A program made the translations under genes and the position numbers. Below, piece by piece: positions 52,866 to 64,000 of a stretch of DNA of 64,000 nucleotides. The notes beneath the pieces were generated by a model. That model searched no databases. It was not told the DNA's origin and saw only the letters and a list, made by a program, of their open reading frames with translations. Where the stretch lies: contig OZ199838.1 in assembly GCA_964304625.1 (NCBI GenBank), positions 2,581,702 through 2,645,701 of the forward strand. Reading direction: 5' to 3'. The number at the start of each line of letters is the position of its first letter. The first letter of the stretch is position 1. The DNA comes from Kudoa neothunni. Taxonomy: Eukaryota; Animalia; Cnidaria.

Positions 52866-55800
52866 TTATCTATTTGGTCCCATTTCAAAAACAAATAGCG
52901 AATTTCGACCACCGAGGCAAAAACTTCTCTTGTAACTGCAGCGTCCTAGCTGGTTAGTCAAACAAAACCTTGATGGAACAAAAAGCATTTGTCCATGTCT
53001 TAGATTAGAACCAAAGCAACCCCCTATTGAAAAATTAAAACATAAAATCGGAATAGTTTGATAAGGAAATTGTGATATATAGTATATACCATTGCTTGTG
53101 ACTCCAAAGCTAGATAGTTTGTGTCGTTTTGCTTCACCGGCACAATTACAAGCAAGATATTGGATTTCACTTTTAGTCATGTTGCAGTTATCCTTGCAAA
53201 CATCCCCACCAATTTCAAATGGGAAATCAAATGATGTCGAGTTGTCAACACATCCAACGCTACGAAAATCGGTTTCCGGGCAAACTAAAATCAACTATTA
53301 TTATACCGCATTTTGAGAAGAAATACAATTTATTCGGATGTGAGTTGGTAGGGGACCATTTGAACTTGAAGCACCTCCCCCACCTTTTAATTCTTGAACA
53401 TTGATCACTGGTTTGAATACTGGACTGAAAATTGTTGGTGGAGAGGACGCATTACCAACTGCACCGCTTCCAACCACTTGCACAGTGTTATTTATATTGT
53501 GAACGTGTTGAATTGGCTGACCTGCTGTCTGATTGATTTGATTATTAATCAAATTTTTATTTTCATTTCTATGGAATTGAGTGAGGGTATTGCCAGAATT
53601 ATAAAAATTCTGTTCGTTGAATCCCATTATGATTGGCCACCGTGAACGTGGTGTAGTTGTTTTTATTGGATCTGTCACTGGAGCACTAACTGAAGGTGGA
53701 GTAGTAAATTCTTCTGGTGGCGGACTCAAGTTAGTTTCTGAAGTAGTCGAAGCTGGTGTTGTTTCAATTTCTGGAGTTGAAATAGATGGAGTAGTCGACG
53801 GAGATGTCTCAACTATTTGTGGTGAAGTAATGGGTGCAGGTGTTGTCTCAACTATTTGTGGTGAAGTAATGGGTGCAGGTGTTGTCTCAACTATTTGTGG
53901 TGAAGTAATGGGTGCAGGTGTTGTCTCAACTATTTGTGGTGAAGTAATGGGTGCAGGTGTTGTCTCAACTATTTGTGGTGAAGTAATGGGTGCAGGTGTT
54001 GTCTCAACTATTTGTGGTGAAGTAATGGGTGCAGGTGTTGTCTCAACTATTTGTGGTGAAGTAATGGGTGCAGGTGTTGTCTCAACTATTTGTGGTGAAG
54101 TTATGGGTGCAGGTGTTGTCTCAACTATTTGTGGTGAAGTAATGGGTTCAGGTGTTGTTTCAATTTCGGGAGCTGGTGTTGTCGAAGCGGGCGTTGTTTC
54201 AACTTCAGGAGTGGTGGTGGCTTGTGTGGTTTCCACGTCCAATTTGAGTTTCAAATCGTTTACATATATAACGTCATTTTCGGAAACTACGTCAGTTTCT
54301 GTATTCACGTTAGTTACAGAAATATCTTTTATTAATTTTCCTATTCGGCCCGCCATTTGGCACAATTCATTGAACGATGTGATATAAAACTCAGTGGATT
54401 TATCTGATGAAACCATATCGATTAAATTTCGGTCGACTCTATTTGATATTCCAACAGAAAAAAATAGTATTCGACTTAATTTCAAAGATTTCATTGATTC
54501 ATAAATGACCTTTTGATCTCCACAATTTGTTTTGAAATCGGTTATATGGAGAATGACCTAGATGAGCGTGTAAGAGATTGAAACGTGAGGAATACCTTTT
54601 TAGACATTGGTCTCATCTTTGAGTTGAGTATGTTAGACGAAATAAGATTAAATGCACTTTCAACACACGTCTTGTCATCTAAATCATACAATAATTACAT
54701 TTGAATATCACATAAAAAGTTCTATTTGTTTAATTCCAAAATTTATGTATTTAATAAATTCATAAATTCAACGACGTGGCATTTAAATCCAATTTGTTTT
54801 ATTACATTAATTACTTTCTTCCTTTATCCTTACTTATTTTAATATAAATTTGATATTGCCGATTATATTAACAATATTAAAAATTTATTTTCAAATTCAC
54901 ATGTGGCAATGATTTTATTATGCTACCACAACTCATAATACATCTTCCATATTTAATATTTTATAAAAATTAACCACCCCTCTGAAATGCTTTACAAAAG
55001 AATATTCAACATAAGTCTAATTTAATTGGGAGAAAAATTTTATCAGACAAGTTTTTGTTAGGTATAAACAACTTAATAAGAAAACAATATTTAAAAATTT
55101 CTTCCTTCTAATTTTAATATTTAGAGCTCATCAAAATGAATCAAATTTTACATATTTACTTAGAAATTGTTTGTACATTATAGTAGAAGCGTAATGTCTT
55201 CTTAGATTGAATTTAGCGGAAATTTTGTTAAAAATAACGTATTTTATTTTTTAGATAAAACAAATTTTCATAGGCACTTGTTAAAGAAGAATGAATAAAA
55301 CAACATTCAGTTTCATATATATAACAAGGATCGATGTCCAAATCTTTGAATAAAATTAATCAATCCAAAATTGATCGATAGATTGATTAAATTAATGCAA
55401 ATAGAAACAGTTAGAATATTAATTCATTAAATAAAATTAAAAAAATAATAATGAATTACACTAAGAAATCAATAAGTATTTATTTTATACTTTTATTATA
55501 TAAGGATCATAAACTTTACTCTATAATAAAATTAGTTTATATTTGGTTAGTTTTAAAAATTATATTATTCGATAAGTGAGAAATTTAAAGATACCGTCTC
55601 TTCATTCAATATTCCACAATATAGAAAATATTTTAATAACGCTTAAACAAAGGGTATGTAACAGTGTGGTAATAATTAACTCGATTTGTTTGTTTATTGC
55701 ACAAAGCTATTGTATGTATTACCTTGATTGGGAATAGTTTCATCATGTATTCTAGTTAAAGCTCCCCTGAAATCAACCGCTTCCTCAGAATTCAAATTCC

Positions 55801-58800
55801 AGACAATTTTTGCTTGAGTACCGTACACCACAAAAGAGATATGTATTTTATCCTTTTTGGGTTGAAGAAATTCATATAATGCTCTCATAAAACATATAAT
55901 TTCTCCTATAATATCCGATTCTGGTCCATGGGCATTGAGAACTATTATCAAATCGATAACAGTTTTGGTGAGTATGCTAGATATATCATGCCAATCAATC
56001 AATCAATCAGTCAATAACATATAATATAATATAAAATCATTCAAAATAAACTTACTCAACTTCTCTTGTAACGTTTTCTTGGACCGTGATAGTCTTATTT
56101 TTGTATTGATTAATTAGGAAAGTGGAGTTGATGACATATTTCTCTTTATCAGCTCTAATTTCCACCTGGTTGTCTGCCAATCGGTTCAATATGCTAATTA
56201 GTGTATTGATATCTTCGGATTTGAAGAAATTTCCGGCTGAAGAGGCTATTTCTATCATATTTATTTCATTGATATTGGTTCCAAACCCAACAGTTGAAAT
56301 TGTCATTGGCAGATTTTTGGTGTAGTTGGCGGTAGTGATAAGATATTTGTAGTCACAATTAGTTTCTCCACTTCCAAATAGAATGAACAACTTGACAGAT
56401 AATAAAATGATTCATATTGTTAGATAACTAATCCAATTATTTACTTTGTATGCGTTAGGTCTCGCTTCAGTAGGTTGCAATATTTTGCCTGTTCCCTCAT
56501 GGAATCCTTTATAAATACAAGATTGTGGAGCTAGATATTATTTATCAAACATTTTGTTAGTATTTTTTAATGTAATTATTAACAAAATAAAATTTAAACA
56601 ACAATTTTTAACCTATCCCAATGGAGAGACGTATATAAGAGCATACATTTGGAAATAGACATAGAAATCAGTTTGATTTCCATCGCTCTAGTGTCCACAC
56701 ACTCCAGCCCATACGAGTACACCCAATGAACAAATGCTTCGCTTGAAACAGTGATCAGTGCTATTCGAATACCTTTGTTTCCCATTTTGAGGTTATTGTA
56801 CATAGTGGTAAGTGTTGACTTCATATTTTCCAGGTCGGTATCGGTAGTTTGATCGCTGACATCCATGATTACAACAATATCCAATGCAGCCTTGGTTTCA
56901 TTACCAAAACCTTCACTAAACAACCATTAACACACTTAATTGAAATATGAATCAATAGTCAACTTACTTGTCGGATGGTTTGATTTCATCGCCTGGTTGA
57001 GGAACATATTTGTCGAATTTTCCTAAATTAAATCATGAAACAAATCTCAACGCTAGGTTTATTTCAACCAGTAGTGATAATAGTGTATATCTTTAGATAG
57101 ATCTCGGTAATTGAAACATAGGCGATGGAAGTGAAGATGTAATGATCTTTGGTTGATGTTGTTCCCGCCAAATCAACTTCGTCATTAATGGTTTTTCCAC
57201 CAAGTGCAATCGTGAACATTTGTATTCCTCTGATTTTAATTTTGCTGGCGTAATATTTTATTCCTTGAATACCATTACATTGTTCAGGTGAAAACGGTAT
57301 TGTGATTGTGATCTAAAAATTTTACGTAGAATTTAAATTAGAATTAAATTACATATATCAATGGTAAAAAAAATACTCTAGGTATGTTTGGTCTTTTGAA
57401 GGAGGGATTAAAAAGTACTTCGTTCGTGTTTTTCAAAGCTATACTGAGGCAACTTTGGCAATCTAATTTGTATTTTAATGAGAAAATTCAACGCAACAGT
57501 CCATACATAATGTAAAATATAATTAAATATGTAATTTGTATTGTTATTTAATAATGACAATAAAAAACAATAATTGCGTCATATTTTAAACAATTATATG
57601 TATATAATCAAATTGTTTATATCATTTTTTTCGTCTTATAGATTAGCACCGTACTCCTCTATTTGAGATATTATATTCTTATGTGGCCTTACAAGAATCT
57701 CTATAATTGGAGTACAACAATGTATGCTATAAGCAATTCTGAGGACAAAATTATTGTGGGTGCAGTACCCATTCCATACATTGTATATACTTGCGGCTTG
57801 TAGGCACGCGATTTCAGGTAAATTTATATTACTCACCATCATATTTTGTATGTAACAATAATGATTGCATGCGTGGATTAATCATTCCTGGCGGATTTTA
57901 TGAAAAATTTTGATTGTTATAAAAAACGAACAAACTATAATACATCGAAATTATATGGATTTTTTCGAATAAAATTTATTTATCCAAAATTAAAAGATAA
58001 AGGTTAATGGTTTACTTTAAATAATACTGAACAATGATTAAAATTACTTACTTACACGTGAGTATTTTTAATTCATTTATGATATATTTTTAGTAAATTA
58101 CTTGTATCGATAACTATTGCTGATAATTCAGCAGTAGCATCGCGAATATTAAACGAAGCATTGTAATGAAAGTAGTAGGAGGGATTGAATGTGTTTGAGT
58201 AAGTTGCAAACGAGAATTTTGTTCCCCGATGGTTAGTGTAAAATTTTTGCATAAAATTTAGAGTTGCATTCAAGATTGTGCGGAAAACTTCCGGATCAAT
58301 ATGGCAGGAATTTTCAATCACTATAACGATATCATATCCAGCGTTTGGAACATATTCTTTGTGTTCATAACGTCTATAAGAGTTAAATTCAACAAAAGTA
58401 ATTAAATTAAAATGACTGATATTACTCTTTGACTTCTTTGGTAATTGTTTCTGTGATTGTTTCTTTATCCGCTTCTGTTACAGCCAATTTAACATTTATT
58501 TTTTCAGTTTTTTTTCTCGAATTCTGCTTGATCTTTACGGTGGAAAAATAACATAATATTCTCAATTATTCAAACCTACATTTCAATTTCATTCTAATAA
58601 TATTTTGCACTTCTGCGGCAGTAGACGAAGGATCGGTCAACTCCACATAGTCGTATCCCTCACTGGTGATTATCCTGAATTCTTCGGAGCTGATACCCAC
58701 GCCAACTCCAACACTAAGAACAATCACGTTTTCTTCCCGATATTGGGTGGCCACTTCCATCAAATCATTAGATGACGAACTTGGGCATTGTTGGTTGGTT

Positions 58801-60571
58801 GCAGTCAGCAATAATAGGTACTAAATCCAACAAGTTCAAAATCATTATTGTATCCCTCCACATATTAAATTAATAAATAAAAACAATCGAATGTACTTGG
58901 GCTGTATATTTATAGGTTTTGAGAGTCAAAAACGCATCATTCAATACTGTACGCATCGCTCCTGCAATGCAAGCCTCATTGCCTACAAATAAAAAATTCA
59001 ATACATTTAATTTAGGTCTGATGGAACTTTTAAATAATTTAAATTAAAAATTAATTTAAGTAAGTAATTAGATTTAAATAAATAACGATGAAATAAATTT
59101 ATTGTTATTTAATTGAATACTAGTATAATGTAACTTATATTGGATTAGTAGGCGGACAAAATTTATTAATTTTCTAAGAAACTACTGCGTAAATATACTC
59201 GAATCTTTAGTAAGAAGATTAATCTGATTGATAGCGGCATCCTCGTTGGTCACAAATGAGGGATTGTCAAAGTCCCACAATAGCTTGGCGGTGCTACCAA
59301 AAGTGGCCACCACTATTTTATATTTGATAATTCGAGATTTAAGTTCTTGAATCAGCTGCGAAGCTACAGATTTAATCATTAGGAAACTTTGATCTGATGT
59401 TATTCCCGCCGTATTCATTAGAATCACATATCTTAATTCCATTTGTTTTCTGATTTCATTAGCTTGTGGCCCTGATTGGAATATTTCGCTTTATAGTAAA
59501 GACAATTGAAAATTTGATAAAATCATTAAGATACCCTCTTTTTTGTTTGTTTTTCTTATTCAAAATTTGTATACCATTTGTACTATCTAAATAATTAATT
59601 CTCTGAACATCCTCATCTATATTTCAAAAATACGAATAAATATTTTTTCCATTATATCCTTCATATATCCAGCCATATCAACGACATCAATTATATGCAA
59701 AAAGTTAATTCCACCGGATGCGAGCCCAACCAATGAATCACATATTCCAGCAGGTCCGATACCCACTACAATTAAGGTGGCTCCCTCATTCTTGAGCCGA
59801 GCTGATCCAAGCCATGCTTTATTTTGTTGCGAACAAGTATTCTCACCGGTTGTCAACAACAAAACAATCTACATCAACATCCGCGTTAAATATTATGTGA
59901 GGATTTCTCATCAATGAGCAACCAAACCAGTTGTTATAACAAAAAGTTGATATAATCACCTTTTTGTTATTATTTTTGATGCTGTTCTTGTTTCCATCGA
60001 ACAATTCTGCTTTGGAATGCATTAATGCCTGAGCAATACAAATGTCTCCTCCACCTATGACAAACAGAAATAATATAAATAACCTCAAACACAAATTCGT
60101 ACCGATTGTCGGTCGCGTATATCTCATAAGAGTTCCTTGTATGGATGTGTATTTGGCTGATTGTGTAGAATTAAGTCCCCATAATTGGTGCGGTATGGCA
60201 TTGAAAAATGTTAATGAAGATCTTCGTTCTACACCATTTCCATGGAAGTTTACTAAAATATGATTGACGGACTTTTTCAGCAACTCAAACAAATCATCTG
60301 GCACATAGTTTGAACTATCAACAAGGATGTGCAGATCGGATTTGAACGAACGAATAGATCTGTATCCAAATGATATCAAACATCATCTCTCCTCAAAATA
60401 AAATATACTTTTCGTTGATGAAGCTTTCATCAAGGCCTTTAACTGGTGGAATTGGAATATAGGTCCCTATCACTATAATACGTAAGTTAGAGACAAATTT
60501 TTTTATATCTGTTTATGGATTCATATGCCGGTTATTGACTAAGTAAACCAATATTTTAAAAATATAATCAT
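52866..60571 (-). CDS. Secreted protein with 5 VWA domains, a Thr/Pro mucin repeat and a C-terminal Cys-rich WSC-like domain
   Basis: Five VWA folds with beta-A strands DLHILVDSS, RYVILMNTA, DIVIVIENS, DIVVIMDVS and DLIIVLNAH and beta-E strands VVGIG, SVGVG, TIALG, TVGFG and SVGIS. Then 9 x 13-aa repeats and SVGCVD...LACNCAGEAK...FGV..NGGCFG...CLGG..LFVF. The start at 60571 is tentative and needs a 1-nt homopolymer correction. Confidence 0.8.
53805..54155 (-). repeat. Coding minisatellite, 9 x 39 nt (ETTPAPITSPQIV)
   Basis: Unit core actatttgtggtgaag recurs every 39 nt, at 53812, 53851 ... 54124; copies are nearly identical. Confidence 0.97.
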
Positions 60572-60824
60572 AAATTTCAATTGTAACTATTAACTTGATT
60601 TTAAATTATTAAAACATCAATAAAAAGTAATATAATATCAGTTAAAATAAATAATCAAATATTAATAACACAATAAAAAGATAATATTAGAGAAAAGTGT
60701 GAATTATAATAAAAAATAAAGATTCTAAAAACAAATAATAAATTTTAAATTAATCCATTTTATCATCATTCAATGTATAAATTAAATTTTTTAAGTATTG
60801 ATTTCTTATGTTTTAATCGGATAG

Positions 60825-60875
60825 ATTCGAGCCCTAAATACGGAAGCTGGGTCCTCAAATCACGTTAAACCGCCT
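60825..60875 (-). other. Possible degenerate tRNA-derived SINE head
   Basis: Minus strand reads CAGGCGGTTTAACG...GGGCTCGAATCTATCC, with a B-box-like element. Confidence 0.25.
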
Positions 60876-63800
60876 GTTAACTTAAAATTAAGCAATAAGA
60901 TTTAATGGATAACTTGAAATTGTACGTTTTCTAATTATTTAAAACATTTATGTTTATATTTGGGGCCATATAGTTGTTTTGAGGAAAAATTGTATGAAAA
61001 TGTGCCCAATACAGAGATATTACTATAAGCAATAAAAATTCATCACCGTAAGTTATGATCGAGTTATCCTGTTATCGCTATTGGTATGATCTCCCTTAAA
61101 TGATCTTTATTCTAATTGCGCTTATCACAGACGTTAACAATATGGACTTAAACAACAAAATTAATATATTTTCTAATCTGGATTAATGGAAAGGATTCGT
61201 AAATTTCTTTATTTTAAATACATGTTCTACGATAAAATATTTCCAATCCCCTGCGAAGCTGGGCAGTTCGCTTTAGGTAAATTTAAATAAAGCTCATCGT
61301 GCAAGCAAAAGTTGGTATTTTTTCGAATCCACTTAATATTAGACCACTTCTCACATCTATAGTAACATGTTGGTTCATTTACAATAACGATTATTATAAC
61401 AATACCCAAATAAAATATTTATTTTTAACCTATCGTAACTAAAATTTTAAAGGGTTTTCCCAAATCGAAATCGCTTTTAATATCGTAATATAGTATGTCC
61501 GATACATATGTATATTAAGTAAATTGATGTTCTCCCAATTTCCATATGGAATGGAAATTTGAAAAAGCAGTATTCTAAATCATAATTAATTATATTATCG
61601 TCAAAATTGTTACAAAATTCTCATGTAATCACATTTTTAAGCTGGTTGATGAAACTAGCTTCTAGATATTTTTTGGTAAAACTTCATCTAATAGAAAAAC
61701 GCACATATAATAATATAAGTATTTTCGTGAAATAAGGATAGGTATTATACGACGTGCCATATGGGATCGCCGGATCATCGAGGAATGATAACAAATTTCT
61801 TATAAAATTCATCTTTTTTGATAGATAACGCTTCTATTTTTCCTTAAGATATTTAAAAATCAGAGTAATATTAATTAACATGTATGCATAAAGCTTCTAA
61901 ATTTTTATATTCAAGTATATTAACTCTTTTCGTTGAATTTACACTTAAAAACATGATTAATAATTCAATCGCGTCAAGAATGTTTGGATAATTTGAGACA
62001 GTGGCGCATAATAATATAGGTTAACAGTAATATATGCCGCTCGGCAAGTTATTGAAGTTAAAAAATCAAAATAATTGCAGAAAAATGTTATTATTTTTGA
62101 ATTGGCGTTTATTATAAACAGATTAATCCTACCGTAATCAATGAAATTACGCCACTAAAAACTAATTCAATAATTCGTACAAAAAGCCTTGGTGAAATGA
62201 GCCATCAGATTTATATTTCATTAATGGCAAATTACTAAATAAGTCTGAAATATTTTATGCTACGTTTTGTTATATTTACGCAGATAATTGGAAAATCGAT
62301 TAAACGTTTAATTTATTCACACGACGTTTAGGTTTTTCCACAACAGGTTCTAAAAAATGAAAAATTGATATAGAGTAATTTTTGTATTATTAATATTTGA
62401 TTGAAACGTATTTATTTGTTTGTTTATAATGATCTAAACTGGGGATCGGCAACCTGAGTAGGTTGCCGGGCCTGATTGTCATGCCAAACTAGAAGACCGG
62501 TCAGAATTTATATAAATCCTTTAGATGTAATGAATCTTTCTCGATACAATTGAAAATTAGCTAGGCAAATTTATATTTGATCTTTAAAATCATACATTTT
62601 CATTGCATTGCTAGAAAAAAATAACGAACGCTTTGCATAATTTTAGAAGGGAATAGTTGGTTTTATACAATTATTCTTTCAAAATTTACCTATTTTATTT
62701 GACAGTGGCTATTCTCATGGAAACGGACAACTCCTCCGTTATAAAAGATATTTCAAATCAGATTTCTTTCTTGAATTTAACAATTTTTAATTTTATTTTT
62801 AATGTGAAAAATATTGGAAAATTTAAAGAATAGAAATTCGATATTTTACCTGTCCTATTTACACTGTTCAATAAGTAAACTCACATTTTTAAACCTAATA
62901 TTGTGTAACGTAAACATTTTAGTTGAGATGAAAAGTAAACAAATTTACTAATAAATAGAAACTGTTCTGTTCGTGCATTTTTGTATCACCCACCATGTCT
63001 GAATATGGGCGTGAAACCTAATTGATTATGGGGTGTTCTATTTCGTGAGAATATTTCAAAGTTTTAACCAAATTTGAAATAACTAAAATCTGTAGAACAA
63101 TTTTTTATATTACATTCAGTTGGAGAAGAGAAATTTAATCTTTCGTAGGATATAAAATACCAATTGCATGGAATAAGTCTGGAAAGTGGTATCATTATTG
63201 CTTCATATGAAGCGCTTTCAAATTGATCTGCTCAAACCTATACCTTGTATTAAATAATATTATTTTACTGTTAAAATTTCGAATGTGATTATTTTGGAGA
63301 AATTTTTTTGGGCGCACAGCCAAACAACCATGGCGTGGCTAGTGGGTAAGTTGATCAATTCTTCATTGGGGTGAAAATTGATTTTTTTGAAGTATTAAGA
63401 TTACACATTCCTCATTATCAGGAAGTAAATGTTTGCAATCTTTAAATGAAATTTATCAGAACAGTTCAAACTGCTCAAGGGCGAATTAACCGTTATTTTA
63501 ACTCCATCATTGTTTATTATAATATTTACTACATTCTTTCGTTGGCTCGTTTTACAAAAGTCAAAGTAAAGATACCCCAAAAATTTTCATTTTATAAATT
63601 TACCCATTGAAACACTACCAGAGGAATTAATGCAGAAAATTTAGAATCACCCCGCTTGTTAAAAATTGATAAATGAGTTTAAATTAGGAAGTATAGGTTT
63701 ACATTTAAATTAAAACTCATAGGTTTTGTATTCATGAACAGGCACCATAAAAACCTTTATCGTACTTTCGATTAAAGTAAATATATTTGTAGGGGCAAAA

Positions 63801-64000
63801 CAACGAAAATCCCTCGAAATTATGGTACAACCTTATAAATACATATAAAAAGTGGTTAAAACCGATGTAAAATAGTTCGAATCCAATTAATATCCATTTA
63901 CTAACGACAGTTTTGTTAAATTTATATTAAAAAATGTTCAGATAAAAGCGTATATGTTCACATTTTATTTAAATTATAATATTTGTATTACATAATATTA

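Noticed and set aside
53805-54155. CRISPR-like periodic repeat
   Set aside because: Head-to-tail units with no unique spacers, in-frame coding, eukaryotic context and no cas genes.
53617-54387. 256-aa plus-strand ORF with repeats
   Set aside because: Antisense shadow of the T/P-rich mucin exon, whose codons give few stops on the reverse strand.
61227-61409. 60-aa ORF as the first exon of the VWA gene
   Set aside because: No ATG start and no compatible splice found; a better signal-peptide exon lies at about 60571.
1-64000. Alternative genetic code or non-canonical introns as the cause of ORF fragmentation
   Set aside because: The introns I traced are all GT-AG, and TAA, TAG and TGA all end genes (FN3 gene, RRP36, TBCC). 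In-frame stops were otherwise seen only in TE relics or next to likely indels.

Overview
AT-rich eukaryotic genomic DNA with many short GT-AG introns, mostly about 40-65 nt and one of 25 nt. The supplied ORF track therefore shows only exon fragments, and I spliced the genes by hand. Very divergent housekeeping proteins and a cnidarian-type Cys-rich WSC-like domain fit a fast-evolving metazoan parasite such as a myxozoan (inference). Genes in order: RPS3 (partial, -), TBCC (+), an SNX29-like PX protein (-), RRP36 (+), a type-I membrane protein with 7 Cys-rich FN3-like domains (+), GANP/MCM3AP (-), COG2 (+), PRC1 (+), REXO4 (-), an ODC-like protein lacking catalytic Cys360 (-), and a secreted 5xVWA/mucin/WSC-like protein (-). 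Decayed DNA transposons are common: an abutting MULE + Merlin + piggyBac cluster at 12.2-17.1 kb, a second MULE, a non-autonomous Helitron-like element, and hAT/MITE and SINE-like remnants. The best leads are the possible antizyme-inhibitor-like ODC pseudoenzyme with an upstream ORF, the VWA protein whose MIDAS sites are degenerate and carry a conserved Cys pair, the FN3-Cys membrane protein, and an unrecognised repeat inserted in GANP. I saw no CRISPR array, rRNA or intact tRNA. A few apparent single-base frameshifts suggest assembly indels.
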